Positions 29,728 through 45,636 of a DNA stretch of 64,000 nt are shown here, one piece after another (the stretch's first letter is position 1; every line of letters begins with the position of its first letter). A program made the position numbers and the translations under genes. The notes below the pieces were generated by a model. The model was not told where the DNA came from. It made no database searches and worked only from the letters and a program-made list of their open reading frames with translations. Source of the stretch: Eledone cirrhosa (lineage: Eukaryota); contig OZ024748.1 in NCBI GenBank assembly GCA_964016885.1, positions 20,956,001 to 21,020,000 of the forward strand. Direction: 5' to 3'.

Positions 29728-30681
29728 CTCTCTCTATCTCTCTCTTTCTTTACCTGGATTAGAATGGCTGGTTATAATACTTATAATAAAATAATTTATT
29801 GAATATCTACTATTCTTCGACGCTGATCACGTACAAACATGCAGAAATAAACTTTATAGATATAGATATAGAATGTATATGAATGGTATTAAATGAATTT
29901 ATATTTAATTGTATAAACACGACGTATTGAGTGACTTTAAAAATTATATTTTTAACATCCTTTTTAACATCCTTCTCTTCCTCGCACGAAAACAAATGGA
30001 TACCTGATCATTGGTCCGATTTATCAGAAATAAAAAGTGTTGCAACAGCCGCCATAATGGAAAAAATATTCAATATATTCAAAACGCGAGAACGTTGCTA
30101 GCATCAAGTACGCACACAAATACGATATGCGTGTGTATCCAACTCGTCTTTAAGGGACACACATACATCCCAGCATGGCGGATACTGAAAGAAAGAAAAG
30201 ACTAAAAACAGAATAATTTCCCTACCAGATGAATATAATGAATATGCTCTTTATATTTTCATAGAAAAACGAAAAGAATGGTAAATACAGTCTTAAAGAT
30301 AAATAGTATAGAGTCTGAGTTAATACATATTTAGTATGTATTGACCGGATATTTAAATCCCTTCTTAAGGATCTTATTTATCTTGGAACGAAGATTTATT
30401 GCACTCAATAGATTGAAAGGAAATACTTCCAGTCAAAACGCAACATACTATTACCACAGTTTGATGGAAGCTGAGCTTTATCAGAAGCTATAGCAAATAG
30501 AAATCTTCTAACAGGAAGAAAATAATCTACCTGTAAATTTACCTACATGTTCTTATTTACAGGCTTAACCTCTCAGATTTGAAGCCCTACGCACCACCCA
30601 CGCTATGCAACCACCCTTAAAATCTAACAATCTATCTGGATTTTTATACTCCTCTCTCACTTTCTCTTCTGATTCTTTTAT

Positions 30682-30716
<35 letters not shown>

Positions 30717-30835
30717 TTATATTTATGTTTTTATGTATGTATATAGGATTGTATGAATGTACACACACACACAGACATATATATACATATGCATACATGT
30801 ATATAAGCATATATGAATGTGTATATATATATATA

Positions 30836-30909
<74 letters not shown>

Positions 30910-31126
30910 CACGTATGTATCAGTATAGCAGTCAACCAATGAAATTCTCGTTGTAGTAGCCTCTTTTATTTTCAAGTTCTCGAAGAAAATATATTTAGGT
31001 TTAGCTGTGATCGATAATGAAAAAGGAGACTGAGCATGATTTCTACGTAATGCGATTATTTTCTCACCAATCTTGATAATTCTTATTCCGAGAGATATTT
31101 TTGATCTGTTCGTTTACTTAGTTTCT

Positions 31127-31180
<54 letters not shown>

Positions 31181-31197
31181 TATATACAAGAAACTAA

Positions 31198-31241
<44 letters not shown>

Positions 31242-31358
31242 ATGTATATACATTTGTGTGTCTTTTTATGTATATTTTTTTATATTAGCATATTCCATGG
31301 AAATTGTCGATTTGTCTGTAATAGCATAGAGATTTCGAAATACGTGAATGAAGTAATG

Positions 31359-31476
<118 letters not shown>

Positions 31477-31884
31477 TATATATATACATATATATAAATA
31501 TATATACATACATATATATACATATATATGTGCATATATATGTGTTTATATACATACGTATATATATATATAGATATATATATATATATACACACATATA
31601 TATATAACCGTTTAAAAATGTGTACTCTGCATACTCTAGTAAGTAGGAAAAGAGTTAGAGATATTTGCCCATTATATTTTCTTTTTTTTTATACCAGAAA
31701 AATGCTGACTCAGCAGGTCAAGTTCTCATGTTAACAAGATTTTTAATATGGCTGAAAGCATCCAAACTTTGACGCCATCTTTGTCAGCTACAGCCTTAAG
31801 TTAAAAACATCTACAGCGTACCATTCTACAGCGTAAGAAAAATATATATGTATCTTCACACGTGCGCGTGCATATATATATACA

Positions 31885-31953
<69 letters not shown>

Positions 31954-32023
31954 CCTGCGTGTGTGTGTGTGTGTGTGTGTATGTATATATATATTTATGT
32001 ATGTATATATGTATATATATATT

Positions 32024-32055
<32 letters not shown>

Positions 32056-32437
32056 CATATGTATATATATATATATATATAAAAATATATATTTACGCAT
32101 CATATATATATATATGTATATATACACATATATATATATATATACATACATACCTACACACATGTATATGTATGTGGATGCATACATACATGCATGCATA
32201 CACTCATACATGCATACATACATAGACACATGCATATATACACACAAACATATGTGTATGCGTGCATGTGCTGTCTGTTCCCATGTTTTGTATGTATGCG
32301 TGTGTATGTGAGTGTGAGTTCGTATGTTCTTGTATGTGTGTATGTAAATGTATGTATGCAATTTATTTATAGAATATATCTATCTTTATATCTATGAATC
32401 TATAATGAATTTATCTATTAATATCTCTTCTAATAAC

Positions 32438-32615
32438 TGTTTCTATTTTGGGCACAAGGCCAGCAATTATACCAGTGCATTACTGGTACTTTATTTTATC
32501 GACCCCGTAAGGATGAAAGGCAAAGTTAACCTCGGCAGGATTTGAACTCAGACCGCAAAGGGGCGTAACTCTATGCTGCAACGCATGGCGCCTGGCTCTC
32601 TATTGATACTGCCAT
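32438..32615 (-). mobile_element. Meta-like SINE
   Basis: Reverse complement of the 10812/11444 family. Confidence 0.85.
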
Positions 32616-32668
32616 ACGCTCACTAAAACTATCACTATATTTTAGTACAGCGTTGTGGATATGTGTGT

Positions 32669-32720
<52 letters not shown>

Positions 32721-32902
32721 GTGTGTGTGTGCTTACGAATGCATGCGTGTTTGTACGAGTGATTCTGTCTGTGCACTACATATATATATATACATATATA
32801 TATATATGTGTGTGTGTGTATGTGTGTGTGTGTGTATATATGCGTGTGTGTGTGTATGTGTTTGTGCGTAAAATAACGTTTGAATGCGTGTACGGTTGGA
32901 TA

Positions 32903-32945
<43 letters not shown>

Positions 32946-33246
32946 ATGCCGGTGCATGTGAAGTAGAATGGTGATCTTTACTTTAATATGTGGAGCAAGG
33001 TGGCCACTTAAGTTGTAGGAAATCGTTTAAAACAGAAATATCTCCCAACTTTACAGATGACACCTGGGCTTCAATCTTTTGGATGCTAGTATCACTTTGA
33101 TGATGAAGAAAACTTTGAATAATTTATATTTATCTAAAAGCCTTCAATGAAAATCTCATGCAAAAATGTTTCGTTAAGATATGCTGTAACACCAGTTTGA
33201 TAATGAGAAAATCAGTTATATTACTTAATCCTTATATAGTCTAGAT

Positions 33247-33423
33247 CAGGCATGTCAAAAAATGCGGCCTTTTATAAGCACACCTGCGGCCCGCGCAAAG
33301 TATTTTACAGCGCGAGCAAGTTCTATCTTCGTAAAATTAGTTGTAACGTGCGCAATTAATTGTTGTGTGTGGCCCTCAGACAACATATATGGTCCTCGAG
33401 GAACCCTCAGTTTGACATGCCTG
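33247..33423. mobile_element. hAT (Charlie-like) MITE 1
   Basis: Terminal inverted repeats CAGGCATGTCAAA/TTTGACATGCCTG; 8-bp TSD GTCTAGAT/TTCTAGAT. Confidence 0.85.
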
Positions 33424-33431
33424 TTCTAGAT

Positions 33432-33589
33432 CATCGGTCGCCAAACTTTCAGACCCCACGGACCTCTAAATTCAGAACTTTAAATCCCGCGGACCACTAA
33501 TATGAATTTTTTTTAAAAAGATAAATACATTAAATTTTTTCTTGCAGACCACAAACATTTTCTCTCGTGCCACCGGTTGGCGAGCCCTG
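33432..33589. mobile_element. hAT MITE 2
   Basis: Imperfect inverted ends CATCGGTCGCCAA/TTGGCGAGCCCTG; TSD TTCTAGAT/GTCTAGAT. Confidence 0.75.
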
Positions 33590-34004
33590 GTCTAGATTAT
33601 ATGCAAAGTATTTTGAAAATCAATACTGTTTTTTTAGAAATATGGAAAAGAAAGGGTTAAAACCTCTCCAACACCAATATCAGGCCTACTCCTAATATTT
33701 TATTTTACCTAATTCTTTTCATTTTGTTACAGATCTTTGTTACTTCTCTGTTCTACGTCTGTTACTCTTTGGCACCAGATGGAATGATAAATAGAGTCTA
33801 CAGGACATGTTGATTTGAAAACTGTCAGTTGGACTAACACATATATCAGATATACATACTTAAACATATGTACACACAAACACAAATACATTGGGACACA
33901 CGTACATTAACACACATATATTAACACACATACACACACACACACATATATATATATATGTATAAATATATACATGTATAAATATAAGTATAAATATATA
34001 TATA

Positions 34005-34047
<43 letters not shown>

Positions 34048-34283
34048 AAAAAAAGATGAAATCGAAAATGCAACTCGAGTCTTATCAAAAAAATATATAT
34101 ATTTATATATATATATATATATATACATACATACATATACACGTATACACACACATATAATGACATACAATGACACACATATAAACGTAGTCACAAACGG
34201 CGTGCGTGGACGTGTTTAAATGTCTGCAATTATGTGGTTTTAGTTTGATATGTGAGAGCATTTGAGTACAAACGTCAGCACTG

Positions 34284-34328
<45 letters not shown>

Positions 34329-34412
34329 ACACACATACATACACATCTATATATATATGTATATGTATTTACGTGTATATATATATACATATATATATAT
34401 AATATAATTATA

Positions 34413-34451
<39 letters not shown>

Positions 34452-34454
34452 TTA

Positions 34455-34670
34455 GCGATCGACTTTCGTCAAATCGGACCGAGGGAACAATGTTTCCGTT
34501 GGTCTTTCCAATTGCTAATACTATCTATCGGTCGCAACTCCAGGTAGAAGGAGCAACGTGAAATAAAGTGTCTTGCTCAAGGACATAACGCATCGCCCGG
34601 TCCAGGAATCGAACTCACAACCTTACGACTGCGAATCCAATTCTCTAACCACTCAGCCACACGCCTTCAC
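34455..34670 (-). mobile_element. tRNA-derived CORE-like SINE
   Basis: Reverse complement of 46138-46355; A and B boxes. Confidence 0.85.
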
Positions 34671-34736
34671 ACATATATACATATATAGATATGTATATGT
34701 ATTTACATGTATATATATATACATATATATATATAC

Positions 34737-34776
<40 letters not shown>

Positions 34777-34777
<1 letters not shown>

Positions 34778-34968
34778 ACGGAGAAAATGTGGTAAGGAAC
34801 CAGGTGGACCATAACGCACCAAAGTACTCAATACTTGAGGTAGTAGAGTGGGTAATAGGAACCAGTAAGACCCCGACAGCTGAGCTCAAGCCGTTTCGAC
34901 GGCTAATTCTGGACTGAATTAGCCGTCGAAACGGCTTGAGCTCAGCTGTCGGGGTCTTACTGGTTCCT
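34777..34968. mobile_element. PLE family B inverted insert
   Basis: Tail plus abutting inverted arms, (TA)n flanks. Confidence 0.8.
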
Positions 34969-34986
34969 ATATATATATATATACAC

Positions 34987-35022
<36 letters not shown>

Positions 35023-35036
35023 ACATATATATATAA

Positions 35037-35084
<48 letters not shown>

Positions 35085-35087
35085 ACA

Positions 35088-35126
<39 letters not shown>

Positions 35127-35360
35127 TTATTTGTATGTGTATATGATTGTATATGATTGTGTGTGTGTGAGTGTGTGTGTGTGTGACGAGGTCTGAGTGT
35201 GTGTGTGTGTGTGGCGAGGTGTGAGTGTATGTGTGTGTGTGTGACGAGTTGTGTGTGTGTGTGTGTGCGTGTGTGTGGCGAGGTGTGAGTGTATGTGTGT
35301 GTGTGACGAGTTGTGTGTGTGTGGCGAGGTGTGAGTGTATTTGTGTGTGTGTGTGACGAG

Positions 35361-35392
<32 letters not shown>

Positions 35393-35474
35393 CGAGGTGT
35401 GAGTGTATGTGTGTGACGAGGTGTGAGTGTATGTGTGTGTGTGTTTGTGTGTGCGTGTGTGTGGCGAGGTGTGA

Positions 35475-35534
<60 letters not shown>

Positions 35535-35984
35535 CGAGGTGTGAGTGTTTCTGTGTCGTGTTGTTACCCAGCGGACGTTACTGAATTATTCTAGGAATTA
35601 TATGTATATCAGATAATATTAAATTACATACAAAAAATATCTCAACTCTTAATTTGTAGACAGCGAATGAAATACAAATAGAGAGCGTACGTATGTGTGT
35701 GTATGTCTGTGTATGCTATGTGTGTGTACGTATGTGCGTACGTGTGCGTATGTGTATGAGTGTGTTTGTGTGTATATATATGTATGTGTATGTTACATAT
35801 GTGTATGTGTATGTTATGTGTGTGTATGTATGTTATGTGTGTGTACGTATGTGCGTACGTGTGCGTATGTGTATGTGTGTGTTTGTGTGTGTATGTATGT
35901 GTATGTTACATATGTGTATGTTATGTGTGTGTATGTATGTGTATGTTATGTGTGTGTGCGTATGTGTGCGTATGTGTATGCGTG

Positions 35985-36021
<37 letters not shown>

Positions 36022-36702
36022 ATGTATGTGTATGTTATGTGTGTGTATGTGTGTGTGTGTATATGTATGTGTATGTTATGTGTGTGTATGTTATGTGTGT
36101 GTACGTATGTGCGTACGTGTGCGTATGTGTATGTGTGTGTTTGTGTGTATATATGTATGTGTATGTTATATATGTGTATGTGTGTGTGTGTCTATATGTA
36201 TGTGTCTGTTATGTGTGTGTACGTATGTGTATGTTATGTGCGTGTACGTATGTGCGTAAGTGTGCGTATGTGTATGTGTGTGTGTGTATATGTATGTGTA
36301 TGTTATGTGTGTGTATGTATGTGTATGTTATGTGTGTGTACGTATGTGCGTATGTGTGCGTATGTGTATGCATGTGTGTGTGTATATATGTGTATGTGTA
36401 TGTGTATGTTATGTGTGTATATATGTATGTGTGTGTATATGTATGTGTATGTTATGTGTGTGTATGTATGTGTATGTTATGCGTGTGTACGTATGTGCGT
36501 ACGTGTGCGTACGTGTATGTGTGTGTGTGTATATATGTATGTGTATGTTATGTGTGCGTACGTATGTGCGTACGTGTGCTTATGTGTATGTGTGTGTGTG
36601 TGTATATGTATGTGTATGTTATGTGTATGTATGTGTGTGTCTGTGTGTGGGATTGAAATGAAAAGAGAATGAGAAAGGTCGACGTATATCTACAAACAAG
36701 CA

Positions 36703-36744
<42 letters not shown>

Positions 36745-36947
36745 ATGTGTCAGTGTATGTGTATGTATGTGGTGTATTGTGTAGTGTGTATACGTTTATA
36801 TAAATATATACATAGCTATACATACATACACACAGACATAGATAAAAAAATATATATATTCAAATGTATATGTATAGATAGATATGAGTACATATATATA
36901 TATATATATATATATATGAGTATACATATATATTTATAAGTATATAC

Positions 36948-37002
<55 letters not shown>

Positions 37003-37005
37003 CAC

Positions 37006-37039
<34 letters not shown>

Positions 37040-37123
37040 ACACACATATATATATATAATAAATATATATATATAATATATATATATATATTTATTATAT
37101 ATATATGTGTATATATATATGTG

Positions 37124-37154
<31 letters not shown>

Positions 37155-37159
37155 ATATA

Positions 37160-37242
<83 letters not shown>

Positions 37243-37263
37243 CTATATATATGTATATATATA

Positions 37264-37312
<49 letters not shown>

Positions 37313-37347
37313 CTATATATATGTATATATATATATATGTATCTATA

Positions 37348-37438
<91 letters not shown>

Positions 37439-37542
37439 TGGCTTGCAGGGAAAAGGGGGGGGGAGATACAGTGGTCGTTGTTGTTTAGATTTCTTTTTAT
37501 GTAAATTTCTATATCTGATGTACATATGTAAACAAATACAAT

Positions 37543-37643
<101 letters not shown>

Positions 37644-37655
37644 TATACATGTGTG

Positions 37656-37769
<114 letters not shown>

Positions 37770-37910
37770 AATATATATATATACATATATATATATATAT
37801 GTTTGTATGCAAAATTGTAATAAACGAAAAAGAAAAAAGCAAACAATACACTGACATGAGGATATATATTTGCTTAACGCTTGGTATAGTAGGAAAAGAG
37901 TCTTATCGTT

Positions 37911-37975
<65 letters not shown>

Positions 37976-37979
37976 TATA

Positions 37980-38257
37980 TATGGAAAGTTATATTTAAAT
38001 TGTTGGGTTACAACTAGTAAATATTTATAACTGATATAAAAGCACTCAACAAGTATTTGGAGTATATTTACGATATTAAATAAATGGAAACTATATTTAT
38101 AAAACCATATTTATTTCATTATATATATTTCAGGGATATCATATTAACAATATGTTATGCCTTCTTCAGACAAAATACAATATAGACAGTTTTATAGATA
38201 AATAGATTTGACATACCGTTCAACATCGACTTGTATTTGAAAAAGTTGATTTGGCAT

Positions 38258-38258
<1 letters not shown>
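37980..38258 (-). mobile_element. PLE pseudo-LTR fragment, family D, with hammerhead (38115-38174) and tail hairpin
   Basis: Minus strand TTTGT-CTGAAGA-AGG...CCT-GAAA-TATATA-TA-ATGAA; homologous to 47483-47945. Confidence 0.7.
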
Positions 38259-38306
<48 letters not shown>

Positions 38307-38426
38307 AGCTAATATTAAACTAGTAAAATGATTATTGAACAGAATACTCGCGACTGGGAGGGCCAGGCTTCGACATTTCTAGCTGTCGAAACGGCCGGAG
38401 CTCAGCCGCCGGGGTCCTGACTCTTA

Positions 38427-38487
<61 letters not shown>

Positions 38488-38489
<2 letters not shown>

Positions 38490-38790
38490 CATAATCAGCT
38501 AATATGCAGATCTGACTGATCAGGCAGTGTACTGCTTTGCAAATCAGACCGATCGATCAGTCATTGTATATTCCAGAAAATATCATATCATATATTTTCA
38601 CTAGCTCTGACAGTAAACAGTATACGGTACTGATGAAGGGTATTAACCCAGAAACATTAGTGTTTGCCGTTCTGTATATATGCCAACACAAGAGCTAGAA
38701 TGACTGGGTCATTCTACTGATATCGCTTAAGAGGCTGCTCACATAATTTCAAACGAATCGAATATTATTATTAATATTAGAAAAACTCAG

Positions 38791-38791
<1 letters not shown>
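38488..38791 (+). mobile_element. Hammerhead-bearing interspersed element, family E
   Basis: Diverged inverted copy at 63537-63880; TA flanks. Confidence 0.7.
38625..38669 (+). ncRNA. Type I hammerhead ribozyme
   Basis: CGGTA-CTGATGA-aGGGTattaACCCa-GAAA-CAttagTG-TT-TGCCG. Confidence 0.7.
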
Positions 38792-38875
<84 letters not shown>

Positions 38876-38881
38876 ATATAT

Positions 38882-39402
38882 ATAATCAAGGTTTAGCAAA
38901 TAATGAAAAAGTTTCAAAATAAATTTTAAAAATTGACTTTACCTACTATAGTTACCTTTACCGATCGGTTTCGAATCCCAAAAGTAAACGGAGACGATAC
39001 GGCCTTCGTTGCAAAGAAAGATTCTCGTCAGAAGGTTCTTTTCATTCGAAGAATATAAAATTCTTGAATTTAAATTACGAACTAGCGCTATCCAAAACTG
39101 TTCCCGAGATGAGAGTGAATGAAGTGGAATCAATTTTTTGAAGGGCCGAAGTAAAGATAGAGGCAGAGGGAGGTAGGTCAAATCGGCCGCCACTATCACT
39201 TGCAGCAGTCGGAACGACCAAAATTTTTCTCAACATAGAGGAAAATAGTAATAATAGGATATGTGTTCCTTCACGCACAAGGCGCTAAGGGACGCATGTA
39301 TTGTCCAACCAAATGCCAATGTGGTTCAATGGCAGGTTAATAAATTAACGAGCCAGAACATATATAATCAAGGTTTAGCAAATAATGAAAAAGTTTCAAA
39401 AT
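38882..39402 (-). mobile_element. Terminally redundant 482-nt hammerhead unit (retrozyme-like or non-autonomous PLE)
   Basis: 39-bp perfect direct repeat at 38882 and 39364; internal hammerhead; no credible ORF; (TA)n flanks. Confidence 0.75.
38954..39036 (-). ncRNA. Type I hammerhead ribozyme, canonical core
   Basis: Minus strand ACCTT-CTGACGA-GAATC...GATTC-GAAA-CCGATCGG-TA-AAGGT. Confidence 0.85.
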
Positions 39403-39420
39403 ATATATATATATACATAC

Positions 39421-39573
39421 ATGGTGGCTGCCGACTCGTTTTCGAGTACGGCCACTACGTTATATCCATGTAGGAGAACCCCTACCGATGCGCAGAACGA
39501 GTGTGACTTTTTAGTCCAGCCAGCGACTTGAAAACTCTGGTACAAACACTACACCTGTGACAATTATTGACAC
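39421..39573 (+). repeat. Unclassified ~150-bp interspersed repeat
   Basis: Second highly similar copy at 58019-58172. Confidence 0.7.
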
Positions 39574-39984
39574 ATAGTCTTGTTTGTTGTTTCCTTGTTT
39601 CCTGAATGTAGCATCATATATATTGGGGGGGGGGGTATGTGTGTCTATGTCCATGCGTTCGTGTTTGTGCGTGTGTGTATTTGTGTCTCAGAGCCTGTTC
39701 GTTTCAACGTTCGTTTTTTTTAATATTATAAACTCAATGTGAATGTAATAACATAACTTTCTCTCTTTTTAGAAATACTCGTGTTTATCGTGAAAACATG
39801 ATTTTTATATGTCGTTATATTGTTATAAAATGTTATATTGGCTTTATAGAAATTATGTTTAAGATTCGTTATGGTCAACACATTAATTCCTTTAAAAATA
39901 TTTTAATGCATAATACGACTTTATGCTATCCGTATATCTGGTTGTTAAAAGAGAGACATAGATGGACTAATAGATTGACAGACT

Positions 39985-40055
<71 letters not shown>

Positions 40056-40609
40056 ACATATACACACTTACACACATACACATATACATACAGAAACACA
40101 CACACACTCACATACATACATACTTACATACACACACGCTGAGAAACACACACACAAACACACATACAAACACACACACACGCAACACTCAAACACACAG
40201 ACACACACGACACTCAAGCACACAGACACACACAGACACACACACACACACATACACACACAACTACACATACATTCATACATACATCCACAGACACAGG
40301 CGTATATTCAGTCAGCCATCATAATTGTACAGAACTTTTGTTATGTTCCAAACACTAGTACTAGTTCGGTAATAACAAAGTTACTTATTTCATTAAATCT
40401 ACTTAAAATTGTTGATGTTTAAAACAAAATTTACAGGTAATTCATTTTACTTGGTCGTGAAGGGCTTAAAAGGAACACCAATTAAATAATGTTCTTCGAG
40501 ATACACTAAAGCCTAAAAGCAAAAGAAAAAATGCGATGGTCACGGTTGGAATGTTTTTAATTAATGGTTTACTGAAATGGAACTCATCTGGGACTAAACA
40601 CCAACAATG

Positions 40610-41235
<626 letters not shown>

Positions 41236-41353
41236 ATAGTTTTGAAAAGAAAAAATTTCCTTCGAAATATAATCAAATTTATTGATTTTTTTGTCATGTA
41301 TATAAGATTGTGGTTTTGTTGGAACATAGATTGGGTAATGGTAGTGTGTGTAC

Positions 41354-41491
<138 letters not shown>

Positions 41492-41865
41492 CCATGTGTA
41501 TGTACATATGTATTTATACGTTTGTATGTGTGTATATGAACATGTGCATGTACGTATGCATTTATATGTGTGTGTGTGTGTGCATACGCATGTGTGTGCA
41601 CGTATGTATTTATAAGTGTGTGTGTGTGTGTGTGTACGTATGTATTTATACGTGTGTGTCTATGTGTTTGTGAAAGTGTTGCTGTAGTTATGGTGAAAGT
41701 CAGACTAGAGGGCAGAAACTAAAAGTGATTTAAAAACGGTAAAATCTAAGGACTATGGAAGAGAAGAGAGAGAAAGAGAGAGAGAATGAGAGATAAGGAG
41801 AAGGAGAGAGAGCAGACTGTAGTTAGAGAAAGGGGGAGTTACATAAGATCGACACGAAATCTATG

Positions 41866-41949
<84 letters not shown>

Positions 41950-41995
41950 GAGATAGATAGATAGATAGTGAGAGAGAGAGAGAGAGAGAGAAATT

Positions 41996-42078
41996 TCTTT
42001 ATTAGCCACAAGGGCATAAAAGAAGGGGACAAATACAAATGGGGAGTTTACATACAGTTATATGAAAATAAAACTAAG
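41996..42078 (-). mobile_element. Tx1/L1-clade LINE extreme 3' end
   Basis: Matches 52044-52122; GATA repeats on both sides. Confidence 0.75.
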
Positions 42079-42218
42079 ATAGATAGATAGATAGATACAT
42101 AAAATAGACACATACACACACAAACTCACATTTATAATAATATGTAACTTTATGTGTGTGAATGTGAGTGTATTTATTTGTGTGCGCGTATGAATGTATG
42201 CTGTATGAATATCAGTAA

Positions 42219-42281
<63 letters not shown>

Positions 42282-42292
42282 CCCCAAACACT

Positions 42293-42376
<84 letters not shown>

Positions 42377-42889
42377 CACACTCAAACACACACACATATA
42401 TATATATATAAATACACACAGATTTATATATACATATGAATACATTTATATATATATATGCATATAAATACACACACACACACGCACATACACACATATA
42501 TATATATATATATGTGTGTGTTTGTGTGTGTATATATATATATATATATATACATACATACAAACACAGTAATAGAGTTTAAAACAAACAGACTAAACGC
42601 CATGTTGACTAGTATATATATAAAACGAGATATTTATAAATACATTAACTCTAACAATGTTAGTTGTGTAGTTGTGTTCTTAAAGCAAATACAGTTACTG
42701 TAACAAGATTTCTACTAAAATTAATCGAAACAACAAAATACTAACCACATGCCAGACTAAACATTAACCACGCACTAAAGGCGTATATTATACATTGTAG
42801 TCTACTATTAACAATAGTATAACAACAAAATAACTAGAGATATAATATATATTAGACACAGATTGACTACACATTAGTCACCTACTAGA

Positions 42890-44555
42890 GTCATACTAAC
42901 GACATACTAACCTCATACTAACCTCAAAATAACTATACCTAAACCAGAGACTAGAGATATATCATATTACACACACACTGAATACTTGTTAGACACATAC
43001 TAACCACACACTAACCACACACTATCCACACACTAACCACATGCTAACAACATTCTAACTACATAGTAACCACATACTAACAACATACTAACAACATACT
43101 CACAACATAATAACCACATACTAACAGCATGCTAACCACATCCTAACAGCATACTAACAACATACTAACAACATACTAACCACATACTAACAACATTCTA
43201 GCCACATAGTAACAACATACTAACCACATACTAACCACATACTAACAACATACTAACCACATACTAACCTCATACTAACAACATACTAACCACATACTAA
43301 CCACACACTAACCACAGACTAACAACATACTAACCACACACTAACCACATACTAACAACATACTAACCACACACTAACCACATACTAACAACATACTAAC
43401 CACATACTAACCACACACTAACCACATACTAACAACATACTAACCACATACTAACCACATACTAACAACATACTAACCACACACTAACCACATACTAATA
43501 ACATACTAACCACACACTAACCACATACTAACAACATACTAACCACACACTAACCACATACTAACAACATACTAACCACACACTAACCACATACTAACAA
43601 CATACTAACTACACACTAACCACATACTAACAACATACTAATAACATACTAACCACACACTAACCACATACTAACAACATACTAACAACATACTAACCAC
43701 ACACTAACCACATACTAACAACATACTAACCACACACTAACCACATACTAATAACATACTAACCACACACTAACCACATACTAACAACATACTAACAACA
43801 TACTAACCACACACTAACCACATACTAACAACATACTAACCACACACTAACCACATACTAATAACATACTAACCACACACTAACCACATACTAACCACAT
43901 ACTAACCACATACTGACCACATACTAACAACATACTAACCACACACAGACCACATACTAACAACATACTAACCACATACTAACAACATACTAATAACATA
44001 CTAACCACACACTAACCACATACTAACAATATACTAACAACATACTAACCACACACTAACCACATACTAACAACATACTAACCACATACTGACCACATAA
44101 TAACAACATACTAACCACACACTGACCACATACTAACAACATACTAACCACATACTACCAACATACTAACCACATACTAACAACATACTAATAACATACT
44201 AACCACACACTAACCACATACTAACAACATACTAACAACATACTAACCACACACTAACCACATACTATCAACATACTAACAACATACTAACAACATACTA
44301 ACCACACACTAACCACATACTATCAACATACTAACCACATACTGACCACATACTAACATACTAACCACACACTGACCACATACTAACAACATACTAACCA
44401 CATACTAACAACATACTAACCACATACTAACAACATACTAATAACATACTAACCACACACTAACCACATACTAACAACATACTAACCACATACTGACCAC
44501 ATACTAACAACATAATAACCACACACTAACCACATACTAACAACATACTAACCAC
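42890..44555. repeat. 11-bp satellite array CATACTAAC(C/A)A
   Basis: Roughly 150 units with variants CTAACCACATA, CTAACAACATA and CTAACCACACA. Confidence 0.92.
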
Positions 44556-44721
44556 GACAGTGAAACATATGTAATATGTAATTAAATATGTATATGATAC
44601 AACACTGATTCTTTGTTCGTTTATATATTAATACTATTGATACTCTGCTCCCCAAGATCATCGATGGCTCATTCGATATACCGCCAATGGACGCAATTAA
44701 CTTGCACCTTAACACCTATAT

Positions 44722-44864
44722 AGGAACGAGTAGGACCCCGACGGCTGAGCTCAAGCCGTTTCGACGGCTAATTCTGGACTAGTCTTTACTCACTCTACTA
44801 CCCTAAGTATTGAGTACTTTGGTGCGTTATGGTCTATCTGGTTCCATACCACATTTCCTTCGTT
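44722..44864. mobile_element. PLE family B insert (inverted arm joined directly to tail)
   Basis: Minus arm 44722-44781, plus-strand tail ~44788-44864. Confidence 0.75.
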
Positions 44865-45373
44865 ATAAATATATATATATATATATATATATAGTTATAC
44901 TTTGGGAGGGTCGTATTTGTGTAATAATATTGCCAGAATTAATAACAGAACACACTCACTGTTTGGTTGGTTTTCGCTTCTGTGTCTTTTATATCGGTTA
45001 ATTTAATTTATTCGGTCCTCAATGTTGCCATTGATTGACCAACGGTCAAAAATAATACAGATACAATATAGACACAAACACATATATATAGTCTGTCAAA
45101 GTTCTTTCGTTGCACATCTGCAACATCGTCAGTGGTGCTATTATGTTTCCTCCCGTTGCATTGTATGCTTACGCTATCTTTATTTAGTCTGTTTATTTAT
45201 TTATTTATTTGTTTATTTTTTTTGTCTTCTCTGCGCATGCATTTCCGTGTGTGTATAGTGTTTTGTTTGATGTGTGTTCTTGTTTGGATGATTGTGTATT
45301 GGTTAATGTATTCTATTTTAGTTTACTAGTGTGTGTTTGTATGTGTTTGTTGTTATTGTGCTTGTGTATGTAT

Positions 45374-45404
<31 letters not shown>

Positions 45405-45636
45405 TACTTCTCTTAGGCCAGTGTTGTTTGGGTGTTGTTACAGAGACAAGAATAAATAAATTAATTAAATTAAAATGGCGTAGACTTTGCAATACAACGG
45501 GAGGAAACATCATAGTACCACTGATGATGTCGCAGATGTGTGACGAAAGAACTTTGATAGACTATATATATTTATATCGTGAAGGCGTGTGGTTGAGTGG
45601 TTAGAGAATTGGATTCACAATCTTGGAATAACAACA

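Noticed and set aside
42890-44555. Interstitial telomere
   Set aside because: Unit is 11 bp and lacks canonical TTAGGG
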